A stretch of 63,974 nt of DNA, filler included, from Vicugna vicugna (GCA_013265495.1; 76 parts of 75 records of this genome joined end to end with filler, not necessarily neighbours in it), one strand, 5' to 3'. Positions 12,326 through 25,396 are shown, counted from the first letter of the whole stretch. Numbers and translations: made by a program. The notes: generated by a model not told the origin, from the sequence alone.

Positions 12326-12761
12326 GGGGAGGTACAAGCTCCAACTCGGTTTTACCGTGAAAAATGCAGGAACTTCAAACCGACACTGGGAAACAGACTG
12401 AGAAACCAGAGTAAGTGTTTCTCCTGCAACCTGTTCCCTTTGTGCTTGATGAACGAACGTCTCTCCACATGCTCAGTTTTGAGAGTTAAGCGTTTGTGAA
12501 AGCCGTCCTTCACCTAGCTTGTTGGGAACACATAGTTTCTCTTCAGTTGCAAAACTCCACTCCTTACATATACATGGGCAGGTACAAGCTCCAACACTCT
12601 TTTACAGTGAAAATTGCAGGAACATCCAACCGGCACTAGGAAACAGACTGAGAAACCAGAGTAAGTGTTTCTCCTGCAACCTGTTCCCTTTGTGCTAGAT
12701 GAACGAAAGTCACACTACATGCTCAGCTTTGAGAGTTAAGCGTGTGCGAAAGCCGTCCTTC
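12326..12761 (+). repeat. SatC, ~250-bp monomer satellite (strand given relative to SatA homology)
   Basis: ggtacaagctccaac at 12331 and 12581. Confidence 0.94.
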
Positions 12762-14437
12762 NNNNNNNNNNNNNNNNNNNNNNNNNNNNNNNNNNNNNNN
12801 NNNNNTTAATTAATTAANNNNNNNNNNNNNNNNNNNNNNNNNNNNNNNNNNNNNNNNNNNNGATTCACAGCAGGCCAGGTAGTAGCATCCACCCTGACAC
12901 ATCAAATCCCCATGTGGGATATTCCTTTTGAGCAGCACAGGCTAACCGGCTGTGGTCACCTGTAAATAGGGTTGAAGTCACTTAGACCCTTGGCTTGGGA
13001 TCACCGTGGCCACAGGTTTGGGGGTCACTGCAGCTCCTACGAGAATGACGGGGTCAGCCTGCTGCTGAAGCCGATACCCAGGCCGCAGCCCGGAGCGCTG
13101 CAGGCAGGTCTGAGGTCCGGCCGGGTGTGCGCAGCTCCACAGCCCCTCGGTGGCCTGCGGTTCGGGTGGCGCTGGGAACGCACTCGTCCATCACCCTCCC
13201 TGGCACCCAGACTCGGGAGTCTCCTGGGGGAATTTTTCTCTGCCTCATGCTTCCTGTCTCAGCCTCTTGTGGAATCTGGTCCATGCCCCAGGGAAGCAGG
13301 GCCTTTACCCCCTGGACCCAAATCCATCACGGTGTGGATCCAGGATGAAACTTCCATGTTNNNNNNNNNNNNNNNNNNNNNNNNNNNNNNNNNNNNNNNN
13401 NNNNNNNNNNNNNNNNNNNNNNNNNNNNNNNNNNNNNNNNNNNNNNNNNNNNNNNNNNNNNNNNNNNNNNNNNNNNNNNNNNNNNNNNNNNNNNNNNNNN
13501 NNNNNNNNNNNNNNNNNNNNNNNNNNNNNNNNNNNNNNNNNNNNNNNNNNNNNNNNNNNNNNNNNNNNNNNNNNNNNNNNNNAGGGATATCACACGTGAG
13601 AAGAACCTGTAGACATTTTAATAAATACTGACACTGGATCCGCCCTCCTTTCCCGTCAAGGCTGTAAGCTTTCTCCCTCTAGCAGGGGTTACACAATCAT
13701 TNNNNNNNNNNNNNNNNNNNNNNNNNNNNNNNNNNNNNNNNNNNNTTAATTAATTAANNNNNNNNNNNNNNNNNNNNNNNNNNNNNNNNNNNNNNNNNNN
13801 NTTAATTAACTACTTATGAAACCAATTAAAGAACATGAAATGCACTGCGTGAAAGCACCAAGCCTGCAGTGACTAGCTCAGCTCTCTTGAAGTCAGTGCA
13901 GTCAGCCCCCACCATCACGTGGCCCTGAGATCCTGATGCTGGTAAGAGAGAGCGCTGCTGCCTCAGATGGAAAGAAACGGTGAAAGCATTTTCTGAAATC
14001 TACAGCACTGACAAAACATAACTGATAAATCCCAGGCTCCTTTGAGGCTGTCATTTTCCGTTTCTGGCCAACACCCGTCAATAAGCAGAACCACCCCATT
14101 CCCGAGTCATGGGACTCACGTGGGCAGCAGTTTTGGAGAAATTTCCAGGTATAGAATGTTAACCAAACAACTATACACTGAAAAAGATAAGATACAATAC
14201 TCTGATTTTGGAAGACACTAAAATATTCTCCTAAGCCTTAGTACTTGGAAAGGCTGGGCTTCTACTAAGCCACGTATTTGTTTCACATCCAATGAGCATC
14301 TCCCACAAACCCTGCTTCCCTGTGTGTGCTGGGAGCTNNNNNNNNNNNNNNNNNNNNNNNNNNNNNNNNNNNNNNNNNNNNTTAATTAATTAANNNNNNN
14401 NNNNNNNNNNNNNNNNNNNNNNNNNNNNNNNNNNNNN

Positions 14438-15492
14438 TCTGTGTTCTACATTCTATATTCTGTATCCTATATTCTGTATTCCCTATCCTATATTTTATAT
14501 TCAGTGTTCTTCATTCTATATTCTATGTCCTATATTCAGTATTCTGTATTCTATATTCTAAATTCTGTGTTCTGCATTCCATTTTTANNNNNNNNNNNNN
14601 NNNNNNNNNNNNNNNNNNNNNNNNNNNNNNNNNNNNNNNNNNNNNNNNNNNNNNNNNNNNNNNNNNNNNNNNNNNNNNNNNNNNNNNNNNNNNNNNNNNN
14701 NNNNNNNNNNNNNNNNNNNNNNNNNNNNNNNNNNNNNNNNNNNNNNNNNNNNNNNNNNNNNNNNNNNNNNNNNNNNNNNNNNNNNNNNNNNNNNNNNNNN
14801 NNNNNNNNNNNNNNNNNNNNNNNNNNNNNNNNNNNNNNNNNNNNNNNNNNNNNNNNNNNNNNNNNNNNNNNNNNNNNNNNNNNNNNNNNNNNNNNNNNNN
14901 NNNNNNNNNNNNNNNNNNNNNNNNNNNNNNNNNNNNNNNNNNNNNNNNNNNNNNNNNNNNNNNNNNNNNNNNNNNNNNNNNNNNNNNNNNNNNNNNNNNN
15001 NNNNNNNNNNNNNNNNNNNNNNNNNNNNNNNNNNNNNNNNNNNNNNNNNNNNNNNNNNNNNNNNNNNNNNNNNNNNNNNNNNNNNNNNNNNNNNNNNNNN
15101 NNNNNNNNNNNNNNNNNNNNNNNNNNNNNNNNNNNNNNNNNNNNNNNNNNNNNNNNNNNNNNNNNNNNNNNNNNNNNNNNNNNNNNNNNNNNNNNNNNNN
15201 NNNNNNNNNNNNNNNNNNNNNNNNNNNNNNNNNNNNNNNNNNNNNNNNNNNNNNNNNNNNNNNNNNNNNNNNNNNNNNNNNNNNNNNNNNNNNNNNNNNN
15301 NNNNNNNNNNNNNNNNNNNNNNNNNNNNNNNNNNNNNNNNNNNNNNNNNNNNNNNNNNNNNNNNNNNNNNNNNNNNNNNNNNNNNNNNNNNNNNNNNNNN
15401 NNNNNNNNNNNNNNNNNNNNNNNNNNNNNNNATATATTCTGCATTCCGTATTCTACATTCTATATTCTGTGTACTACATTCTATATTCTAAA
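14438..15492 (+). repeat. SatE heptamer satellite (mostly gap)
   Basis: ttcagta ttctgta ttctata ttctaaa ttctgtg ttctgca units. Confidence 0.92.
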
Positions 15493-15592
15493 NNNNNNNN
15501 NNNNNNNNNNNNNNNNNNNNNNNNNNNNNNNNNNNNTTAATTAATTAANNNNNNNNNNNNNNNNNNNNNNNNNNNNNNNNNNNNNNNNNNNN

Positions 15593-16230
15593 GCAACTGT
15601 CGATGGACATTTAGGCTTTTTCCATGTCTTGGCTATTCTAAATACTGCTGGATATAAATATTCGGGTGCAGGTGTCATCCAGAAGTAGGGTTCCTTCATG
15701 ATTTATGGCCAGGACCGGGATTCCTGGATCATAAGATAAGTCTATACCTAGGCTTTTGAGGAATCTCCATCCTGTTTTCCACAGTGGCTGCACCAAACTG
15801 CTTTGCCACCAGCAGTGAAGGACGGTTCCCTTTTCTCCATGGCCTCTCCAGCATTTGCCATTTGTGGATTTTTGAATGATGGCCATTCAGATTGGTGTGA
15901 GTTGATACCTCATAGTAGTTTTGATTTGCATTTCTCTGATAATCAGATATTGAGCATTTTCTGATGTACCTCATGTGCCTTTTGATCATTTGTATGTCTT
16001 CCTTGGAAAATTTCTTGTTTAGGTCTTCTGCCAATTTTTGCATTGGGTGATCTGTTTATTCTTATTCAGTTGGATGCCCTGCTTATATACTGTGGAGATC
16101 AAGCCTTTGTCGGTTTCATATTAAGATTTTTTCCCATTCCTAATTTGTCTTTTTGTTTTACTTTTCATTTCTTTACTGTGCAGACACTTGTAAGTTTCAT
16201 TAGGTCTCATTTGTTTATTCTTGCTTTTAT
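15593..16230 (-). mobile_element. LINE-1 ORF2 3' portion
   Basis: Minus-strand MAIIQKSTNGKCWRGHGEKGTVLHCWW...LVQPLWKT resembles the L1 ORF2p Cys-rich C-terminal region. Confidence 0.95.
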
Positions 16231-16330
16231 NNNNNNNNNNNNNNNNNNNNNNNNNNNNNNNNNNNNNNNNNNNNTTAATTAATTAANNNNNNNNNNNNNN
16301 NNNNNNNNNNNNNNNNNNNNNNNNNNNNNN

Positions 16331-17377
16331 ACATGCGCATGACTGATGTTTCAACCACCAAACAAGTTACGTATGGACACTTAAATATTGACTTTGACTT
16401 CGTAGTTTCTTCATATCACCAGTTTCAATAATCACACTTTGGTCCCACAAAAACACTCTTGGAGCGAATTCTACCCTAGAGATATGTAATTTGAATAGAT
16501 TCCATCTACATGATATTCCGTATTCTGTGCATGCTACATAGACGACGGATTCGACAAACATACATTTCTGAGTTGAGGTCATCTGGATTACTCATCTTTC
16601 ATCCTCTATAAAAGGAATATTTTCATCTAGACACGTGTACACATTTTCACAATCTTTCCCTAACACCAGGTTCGAATTCGTGCNNNNNNNNNNNNNNNNN
16701 NNNNNNNNNNNNNNNNNNNNNNNNNNNNNNNNNNNNNNNNNNNNNNNNNNNNNNNNNNNNNNNNNNNNNNNNNNNNNNNNNNNNNNNNNNNNNNNNNNNN
16801 NNNNNNNNNNNNNNNNNNNNNNNNNNNNNNAAGTTTCTGACTTGTGAGCATGTGGATTACTGACCTTTCATCTACCAAACAAGGCGTATATAGGCTTAGA
16901 AATATTTACTCTGACTTCATAGGTTTTTTCTATCACCAGGTTCTAAAATCGGATATTTGGTACCAGAAAACACTCTTTGAGCGTATTCTCACCAATACAC
17001 ATGTAATTTATATTGTTTACATAACCATGGCATTCCGTATTATGAACATGTTTCATGCAACACGGATTCCTCAAACTTGAATTTCTGAGTTGTGAACATG
17101 CACATGACTGATGTTTCAACCACCAAACAAGTTACCTATGCACTTTGAAATATTTAATTTGACTTCGTAGATTCTGCCTATCACCAGTTTCAAGAATCAC
17201 ACTTTGATCCCAGAAAAACCCTCTTGGACCGAATTCTATCCTAAACATATGTAATTTGAATAGATTTCATCTACATTATATTCCCTGTTCCGTACATGCT
17301 ACATACATGATGGATTTGACAAATATGCATTTCTGAGTTGAGAGCATGTGGATTAATCATCTTTCATCCTCTATAAA
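16331..17377 (-). repeat. SatA
   Basis: Reverse-complement monomer anchors at ~16520, ~17037 and ~17285. Confidence 0.95.
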
Positions 17378-17477
17378 NNNNNNNNNNNNNNNNNNNNNNN
17401 NNNNNNNNNNNNNNNNNNNNNTTAATTAATTAANNNNNNNNNNNNNNNNNNNNNNNNNNNNNNNNNNNNNNNNNNNN

Positions 17478-18506
17478 TTATGAAGTTATTATAAATATAT
17501 TTCATGTAGTAAGAAGGTAAAGCAAAAGGAAGCAGAGAAATGGTAGATACAAAGTAAACAAATCCAGCTGCACTTCTAGCAAAGGAAAGTACAAGTTTGG
17601 AAATAAAAAATACACAGGTTAATAGCAGAATAGACATTGCAGAAGATCAGGAAATTTTAAGAAACAACAATAAAAACTGTCCAATATGAAGCACAGAGAG
17701 ACCAAGAAAGACTGAAACATAAATTAACAAAGTATCAGCGACTGGTGGGACAATATTCAGTTGAATAACACACATGTCATTGAGGTCAAAAATAGGAGAG
17801 AGGGAGAGGACAGGAGGAATAATGTTTAAGTAATGACTACATTTTTTCAAGATGATAAAAACCATAATCCCACAGATTCAAGAAAACTTAACAAATCCTA
17901 AGCAGAATAAATATAATAAAGAAAAACCACATGAAGGTACATCACATCAAAATTAGTGATAAAGAAATGAATTTAAAAGTCAGAGAAAAAAAACACACTA
18001 AAAAGAACACTGACAGAATGAGAGCAAACTGCTTTTCAGAAACGATGTACGACAGGAGATCCTTAACACGGGAAGGCTAGCATCCTAGAACTCCACTCCA
18101 AGTACAAGTGAAGGTGATGCAATACCACACAAACACAAACTTAGAGGATTCACTGCCAGCAGGGCTGCACTGTGAGACAAGACATNNNNNNNNNNNNNNN
18201 NNNNNNNNNNNNNNNNNNNNNNNNNNNNNNNNNNNNNNNNNNNNNNNNNNNNNNNNNNNNNNNNNNNNNNNNNNNNNNNNNNNNNNNNNNNNNNNNNNNN
18301 NNNNNNNNNNNNNNNNNNNNNNNNNNNNNNNNNNNNNNNNNNNNNNNNNNNNNNNNNNNNNNNNNNNNNNNNNNNNNNNTATCTAAAGATATAATCAGTT
18401 AACGATGTGCAAAGTCTAGAGCAACCAGTGTAAAACAACAGAGGCAGAGCTCATAAGCCAGGAGTGCAGATAAAAGGGGTTCATTTAAACAACAATAAAA
18501 TAAAAA
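17478..18506 (+). mobile_element. Old LINE-1 ORF1 region fragment
   Basis: aatagcagaatagacattgcagaaga...cccacagattcaagaaaact...cttttcagaaac resembles old L1M ORF1 sequence. Confidence 0.75.
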
Positions 18507-18606
18507 NNNNNNNNNNNNNNNNNNNNNNNNNNNNNNNNNNNNNNNNNNNNTTAATTAATTAANNNNNNNNNNNNNNNNNNNNNNNNNNNNNNNNNNNNNN
18601 NNNNNN

Positions 18607-18884
18607 CTTCTTCTCCTTCTTCTCCTTCTTCTCCTTCTTCTCCTTCTTCTCCTTCTTCTCCTTCTTCTCCTTCTTCTCCTTCTTCTCCTTCTTCTTCTTC
18701 TTCTTCTTCTTCTCCTTCTTCTTCTTTCTTCTTCTTCCTTCTTCTTCTTCCTTCTCCTTCCCCTTCTCCTTCTCCTTCTCCTTCTTCTTCTTCCCCTTCT
18801 TCTTCTTCCCCTTCTTCTTCTTTCTTCTTCTTCCTTCTTCTTCTTCCTTCTCCTTCCCCTTCTCCTTCTTCTTCTTCCCCTTCT

Positions 18885-18916
<32 letters not shown>

Positions 18917-19133
18917 TTCTTCTTCTTCTTCTTCTTCTTCTTCTTCTTCTTCTTCTTCTTCTTCTTCTTCTTCTTCCTTCTTCTTCTTCCTTCTCCTTCT
19001 CCTTCCCCTTCCCCTTCTTCTTCTTCCTCTTCCTCTTCCTCTTCTTCTTCTTCTTCTTCTCCTCCTCCTTCTCCTTCTTCTTCTCCTCCTTCTCCTCCTC
19101 CTCCTCCTTCTTCTTCTTCGTAGTAGTAGTAGT
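18607..19133 (+). repeat. Compound (CTT)n/(CTTCTTCTC)n polypyrimidine tract ending in (GTA)n
   Basis: About 510 bp of only C and T on the + strand. Confidence 0.98.
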
Positions 19134-19378
19134 NNNNNNNNNNNNNNNNNNNNNNNNNNNNNNNNNNNNNNNNNNNNTTAATTAATTAANNNNNNNNNNN
19201 NNNNNNNNNNNNNNNNNNNNNNNNNNNNNNNNNGTAGATTTACCAGTGGTGCAGCATTTATCCTCTAATGAAAAGAGCTAGAAGCAGTCTTTCCGTGGAA
19301 TCTCCAAGTACGCTCAGTTCTTACCTGGTTTCTAGGACCAGGAAGAGCAGTACTATCTTTCTCTACCTTAAAAGGAAT

Positions 19379-19717
19379 GTGGAGGAGGAGGAGAAGTTGG
19401 AGGAGGAGTAGGTCGAGGAGGAGGAGGTGGAGGAGGAGGAGGATATGGAGGAGGAGGATGTGGAGGAGGAGGATGTGGTGGAGGAGGAGGAGGAGGTGGA
19501 GGAGGAGGAGGATGTGGAGAAGGATGTGGAGGAGGACGTGGAGGACGAGGAGGAGGTGGAGAACGAGGAGGAGGAGGAGGAGGTGGAGGAGGAGGATGTG
19601 GGGGAGGAGGAGGTGGAGGAGGAGACGGAGGAGGATGTGGCGGAGGAGGAGGTGACGGAGGAGGAGGAGGTGGAGGTGGAGGACGAGGTGGAGGTGGTGG
19701 TGGAGGTGGAGGAGGAG
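19379..19717 (+). repeat. Degenerate (GAG)n trinucleotide repeat
   Basis: GAG with in-register GTG, GAT and GAC variants. Confidence 0.95.
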
Positions 19718-20049
19718 NNNNNNNNNNNNNNNNNNNNNNNNNNNNNNNNNNNNNNNNNNNNTTAATTAATTAANNNNNNNNNNNNNNNNNNNNNNNNNNN
19801 NNNNNNNNNNNNNNNNNTTAGGCAGATGAGGCCTCCTGACCAGAATCTCAGGTTGGTCTCCCTGCTCCTGGATCAGTCTGCAGCAGCCCTGGGCTTGAGT
19901 AGAATGTAAACTCGGCTGAAAGGCTGGACTGAGATTTGGAGGTCTTGAGTTTTCCCATATAAACCACTCAGGTCTGGGACCATGTCACGTGCATCTTTGC
20001 TGAACACAGTAAATCCTCAGTAGATATTTGTTCAAGAGCTGGTTCTAGA

Positions 20050-20185
20050 TTTGCTTCTAGCTGCCTGCGTGACCTCAGGCAGAAGCCCACAACTCCTCTG
20101 AGGCTTGGCTTTCTTATCTGGTGAATGGGGATGATCCTGCTGCCTTAGGAATGTTGGAAGATCAGACGTGATGAGACCCAAAAGC
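20050..20185 (+). mobile_element. MIR SINE fragment
   Basis: ctgcgtgacctcaggca...ctctgaggcttggctttcttatctggtgaatggggat resembles the MIR core. Confidence 0.7.
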
Positions 20186-21453
20186 TACAGAGAAGCAGGG
20201 TGTAGCCTGCAGTGGATGACTGCTCAGGGCTGGGTCCTAGTGTCCACCTCTTGTACTTGTCCCACCTCAAGCCTGGGACACCTCTGACAAATAGGGGCCT
20301 GCTTTGGAGAAAAGCCAGGTGCAGCTGTCAGGCATGCCATCTGGGTGGGCAGAAGATCCAGACCCTCCAGCTTTTAAGAAAGCCAGAATGACCCTGTGGC
20401 TTTCTTGGAACTCAGGACCAGGAGTGGACCTAATTCTGAAGCCGTGGTGGTCCTCGCCTTATCCCCACTGGAGGGTAGGGAAGAGAAGATTGGCCCTGAG
20501 AGAGAAATGGACATAAATGTGATGCTTTCCTTGAAGCCCTTGAAGTTCTAAAATCANNNNNNNNNNNNNNNNNNNNNNNNNNNNNNNNNNNNNNNNNNNN
20601 TTAATTAATTAANNNNNNNNNNNNNNNNNNNNNNNNNNNNNNNNNNNNNNNNNNNNAAATGTACTTTAGAGAGAATATTTAGAAACCAAAATTTTTAGAT
20701 GAGACTTACATCAGTTAATTTGTTATACTCCCCAAATTAATTCTTTTTGCCTGTTCTCCCTTGGATTAAAATAAGTTCACCTTGATCCATCAAACCTTAA
20801 GGTTTAGCACTCTGACAAAGATGGTATCTTAAAAGGTGTTTTAAGCTAACTAATGTTTAGATGCTTACTTTCAGTCCTTCTTGGAATCAGGCTGACGTAT
20901 GGGGCAAACAAGTTGCCCTTTGTGAGCTGTCGTGTGAAGGGACAGTGCTGCCATGCCCGGGGTGGGGGGGTGACTCCTAGTGCTGCAGGGCTTCCGAGCA
21001 GCCAGCTGGAGCGGCCAGCTCTGAAATGGTTTGATGTCTTTGTGAGAATTGCAGTTAATTAAAGGAACCAGTGTGGGGCTCATCTCCCCATCTGAGGTTG
21101 TGAAAAATGGAACTCCTCAAGGAGACGTCTGAGCCTGGGGGTGGCTGGGCACGCCTGGCTCCCTCGATGCTGGTCCTCCTTCAGGATGTGCGCAGCCCTC
21201 AGAAGCTCCCCAGCTCCCCTGCTCCCCCAGCGCCTCTCAGGCCTGCGGGGACAGCAGGTGATGGTCTCCACGCTGCTGGGCCACACTGCTTCTGGGTTAC
21301 ACACTGGCCCTTAAGTCCGGCTGCCGCGATTTGCTGGGGACTCTGCTGTGATGNNNNNNNNNNNNNNNNNNNNNNNNNNNNNNNNNNNNNNNNNNNNTTA
21401 ATTAATTAANNNNNNNNNNNNNNNNNNNNNNNNNNNNNNNNNNNNNNNNNNNN

Positions 21454-22272
21454 AAGTGCCTGCCGTTTTCACTGTAAAACCGAGTTGGAGCCAAAACCTC
21501 CCCATATATATGCATGGAGTGGGGTTGCAACTGAAAAGAAACTTTGTGTTCCCTTCAAGCTAGGTGAAGGAGGCCTTTCACACACACTTATCTCTCAGAA
21601 CTGGGCATGTGGAGAGACGTTCGTTCATCCAGCACAAAGGGAACGGNNNNNNNNNNNNNNNNNNNNNNNNNNNNNNNNNNNNNNNNNNNNNNNNNNNNNN
21701 NNNNNNNNNNNNNNNNNNNNNNNNNNNNNNNNNNNNNNNNNNNNNNNNNNNNNNNNNNNNNNNNNNNNNNNNNNNNNNNNNNNNNNNNNNNNNNNNNNNN
21801 NNNNNNNNNNNNNNNNNNNNNNNNNNNNNNNNNNNNNNNNNNNNNNNNNNNNNNNNNNNNNNNNNNNNNNNNNNNNNNNNNNNNNNNNNNNNNNNNNNNN
21901 NNNNNNNNNNNNNNNNNNNNNNNNNNNNNNNNNNNNNNNNNNNNNNNNNNNNNNNNNNNNNNNNNNNNNNNNNNNNNNNNNNNNNNNNNNNNNNNNNNNN
22001 NNNNNNNNNNNNNNNNNNNNNNNNNNNNNNNNNNNNNNNNNNNNNNNNNNNNNNNNNNNNNCGGCTTTCACACACAAATATCTCTCAGAAATGAGCATGT
22101 GGAGAGACGTTCCTTCATCCAGCACAAAGGGAACGGGTTGCAGGAGAAACCCTTACTCTGGTTTCTCAGTCTATTTCCTAGTGCAGGTTTGAAGTGCCTG
22201 CCGTTTTCACTGTAAAATCGTGTTGGAGTCAATACCACCCCATATATATGTATAGAGTGGGGTTTGCAAATG
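21454..22272 (-). repeat. SatC
   Basis: gcatgtggagagacgttcgttcatccagcacaaaggg is the reverse complement of the 12326 block. Confidence 0.94.
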
Positions 22273-24069
22273 NNNNNNNNNNNNNNNNNNNNNNNNNNNN
22301 NNNNNNNNNNNNNNNNTTAATTAATTAANNNNNNNNNNNNNNNNNNNNNNNNNNNNNNNNNNNNNNNNNNNNACCTTCCTTCTCTCTCCCTTCTTACCAA
22401 GTTTTTGTACATTCTCTATATAGGGCAGTTAAAATATTTTTTCTTTCTTTCTTTCTGTTTTTGCCGAGTGAACATCTTTGGGTGTCAGTGTGTCCTTCCA
22501 CATTTCTTCACAAGGGCTTCACCTTTCAGCTTCAGTATGGATTACTGGGGCATTTCCCTTGTCCCCCAGCTCACCACGCCCCTCAAAAAAAAACAAGATT
22601 CTGATCTTTGCTGTGAAATGAATCTTTTTTTTTCCCCTACTGTGTAGTAGACAACTCTTATCCTGAGCTCACAGTCAGATTTTTCCAGAGGAGAAAAAGT
22701 AGCTCATGTGCAAATAATACTATTTTTCTCTGTGAAAAGAAATAGATCAGATAGAGGAAATACTTAAATCACATTACTCAAAAGCATTTCCTGAAGGAAA
22801 TAGGTTAATTATTTAACAATAAATAAATAAATTTTATCTGGTTATCAGTTAGCTATTTTTACCAATCAAGGAGAAGGATATATTTCCTAAATTTTTACTG
22901 AGCAATTCATGTGAAATGAAACTTGCTTATATGAACTAGTTTAAAGTAAAGGATTCATTATAGTTTCTGTGGTCTTTTTATACCTTCGCTTAAGTAAGCA
23001 CATTGTTGTANNNNNNNNNNNNNNNNNNNNNNNNNNNNNNNNNNNNNNNNNNNNTTAATTAATTAANNNNNNNNNNNNNNNNNNNNNNNNNNNNNNNNNN
23101 NNNNNNNNNNCTAAGAGACTTTGCAGAGTCATGTTTCTTTTTTCCCCCTTGCTGTAGGAAAAAATGGTTTAAACCTGAGAAAGTGCTCCATATGCAGAAA
23201 TGTCTTTCAGTTTTGCCTGGTGTAAAAATCTTGAGAGCTTTTTGATCGTTTAGGACAGTCTGTAGGGGGAAACAGCCCGTGAAGCCTGGGTGAGACCTGG
23301 AAGAGCCGCGCTTCCCTCCCAGACACGGGTGGGGATTTCACCCCCGTTCAGGCAGTGAAGGGCCAAGACCCGTGAGNNNNNNNNNNNNNNNNNNNNNNNN
23401 NNNNNNNNNNNNNNNNNNNNNNNNNNNNNNNNNNNNNNNNNNNNNNNNNNNNNNNNNNNNNNNNNNNNNNNNNNNNNNNNNNNNNNNNNNNNNNNNNNNN
23501 NNNNNNNNNNNNNNNNNNNNNNNNNNNNNNNNNNNNNNNNNNNNNNNNNNNNNNNNNNNNNNNNNNNNNNNNNNNNNNNNNNNNNNNNNNNNNNNNNNNN
23601 NNNNNNNNNNNNNNNNNNNNNNNNNNNNNNNNNNNNNNNNNNNNNNNNNNNNNNNNNNNNNNNNNNNNNNNNNNNNNNNNNNNNNNNNNNNNNNNNNNNN
23701 NNNNNNNNNNNNNNNNNNNNNNNNNNNNNNNNNNNNNNNNNNNNNNNNNNNNNNNNNNNNNNNNNNNNNNNNNNNNNNNNNNNNNNNNNNNNNNNNNNNN
23801 NNNNNNNNNNNNNNNNNNNNNNNNNNNNNNNNNNNNNNNNNNNNNNNNNNNNNNNNNNNNNNNNNNNNNNNNNNNNNNNNNNNNNNNNNNNNNNNNNNNN
23901 NNNNNNNNNNNNNNNNNNNNNNNNNNNNNNNNNNNNNNNNNNNNNNNNNNNNNNGTTTACATAGTTCTCAAGATTTCCTGTGAGAAATGGATATTTTTTC
24001 CCCATCTTAAATCTGAGTGGATTCTCTAAAAAAATTCCGTAGTCCTCCATCTTTTTCCTTTAATTCTCC

Positions 24070-24172
24070 TTTTTTTTTAAAAAAAAGTTTTTAAATCGAG
24101 TTACTGGGAACTGAACTGAGGGCCTCATGCGTGCTGAGCACATACTATCTCAACAGAGGTATACTCTCCCCC
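24070..24172 (-). mobile_element. Diverged tRNA-Ala-derived SINE (Vic-1-like)
   Basis: Reverse complement ggggagagtatacctctgttgag...gtgctcagcacgcatgaggccctcagttcagttcccagta plus an A-rich tail; similar to the 55364 copy. Confidence 0.75.
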
Positions 24173-24351
24173 ATAATTTTTTTTAAACTTTACTTTCTTA
24201 GTATTCAGAGGCCTCTAATTCTTTTTTTGGAGACTTGTCCATAAACCTGTANNNNNNNNNNNNNNNNNNNNNNNNNNNNNNNNNNNNNNNNNNNNTTAAT
24301 TAATTAANNNNNNNNNNNNNNNNNNNNNNNNNNNNNNNNNNNNNNNNNNNN

Positions 24352-25296
24352 TTCTAGCTTCATTGAATTACATGCTGCTGTCCAGTTTTCCCAACAAGAG
24401 TTGCTGAAGACATTATCTCTATTCCATTGTAATTTCTTGCATCCTTTGTCTAAGATAAATTTACCAAACTTTCGTGGGTTCATTTCTGGGATTTCTTTTC
24501 TGTTCCATTGACATATATGTTTGTTTTTCTACCAATACACTGTTGTCATGTTGACTATAGCTCTATAGTATTATCTGAATTGTTAGCGTAAAGAAATGCC
24601 ACTGATATTTGAAGCATAATCTAGCTACCTTGCTGAATCCTTTGATCTGCTGTAGTAAATTTTGTCTGGATCTTGTAGGGTTTTCTATATATTGTTACAT
24701 ATTCTCTTCATATAGTGAGACTTTTACCTTTTCCTTTCCAATTTGCATCCACTTTATTTCTCTCTCTTGTTTGATTGCTGTGGCTAGGACTTCCATGACT
24801 ATCTTGAGTAGGAGTCGTGATAGTGTACATCCTTTTACTGTCCTAGATTTTAGTGGGTAGGGTTTCACTTTCTCACCGTTGAGTATTATGCTGGCCATAG
24901 TTTTGTTATCAATAGCTTTCATGATGTTAAGATATATTCCCTCTATGCCCACTTTGGTGAGAGTTTTTATCATACGTGGGTGTTGAATTTTATCAAATGC
25001 TTTCCTGCATCTATTGAGATGATCATGTGGTTTTGGTTCTTTCTCTTGTTGATGTGCTGTATTACATTAATTGATTTGCATATGTTGAACCACCCCTGTG
25101 TCCCTGGCATGATCCCCAATTGGTCATGATGTATAATCTTTTTTCTGTGTTGTTGGATTCTATCTGCTACTATTTTGGTGAGGATTTTGGTGTCTGTGTT
25201 CATCAATGATATTGGTCTATAATACTCTTTTTTGGTAGTGTCTTTGTCTGCTTGTGGTATCAGGGTGATTGTGGTTTCATAGAATGACTTTGGGAG
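24352..25296 (-). mobile_element. LINE-1 ORF2 RT fragment, with probable internal deletion near 24580
   Basis: Minus frames give [31 protein letters not shown] and GIEGIYLNIMKAI...NGEK...LLKIVMEVLATAIKQEREIK. Confidence 0.96.
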
Positions 25297-25396
25297 NNNN
25301 NNNNNNNNNNNNNNNNNNNNNNNNNNNNNNNNNNNNNNNNTTAATTAATTAANNNNNNNNNNNNNNNNNNNNNNNNNNNNNNNNNNNNNNNNNNNN

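Noticed and set aside
12862..13701. GC-rich segment with several overlapping ORFs
   Set aside because: No recognisable protein, and the ORFs run into N. It may be a CpG-island edge but cannot be assigned.
19377..19655. Arg/Trp-rich, protamine-like ORF
   Set aside because: Alternative frame of the GAG repeat.
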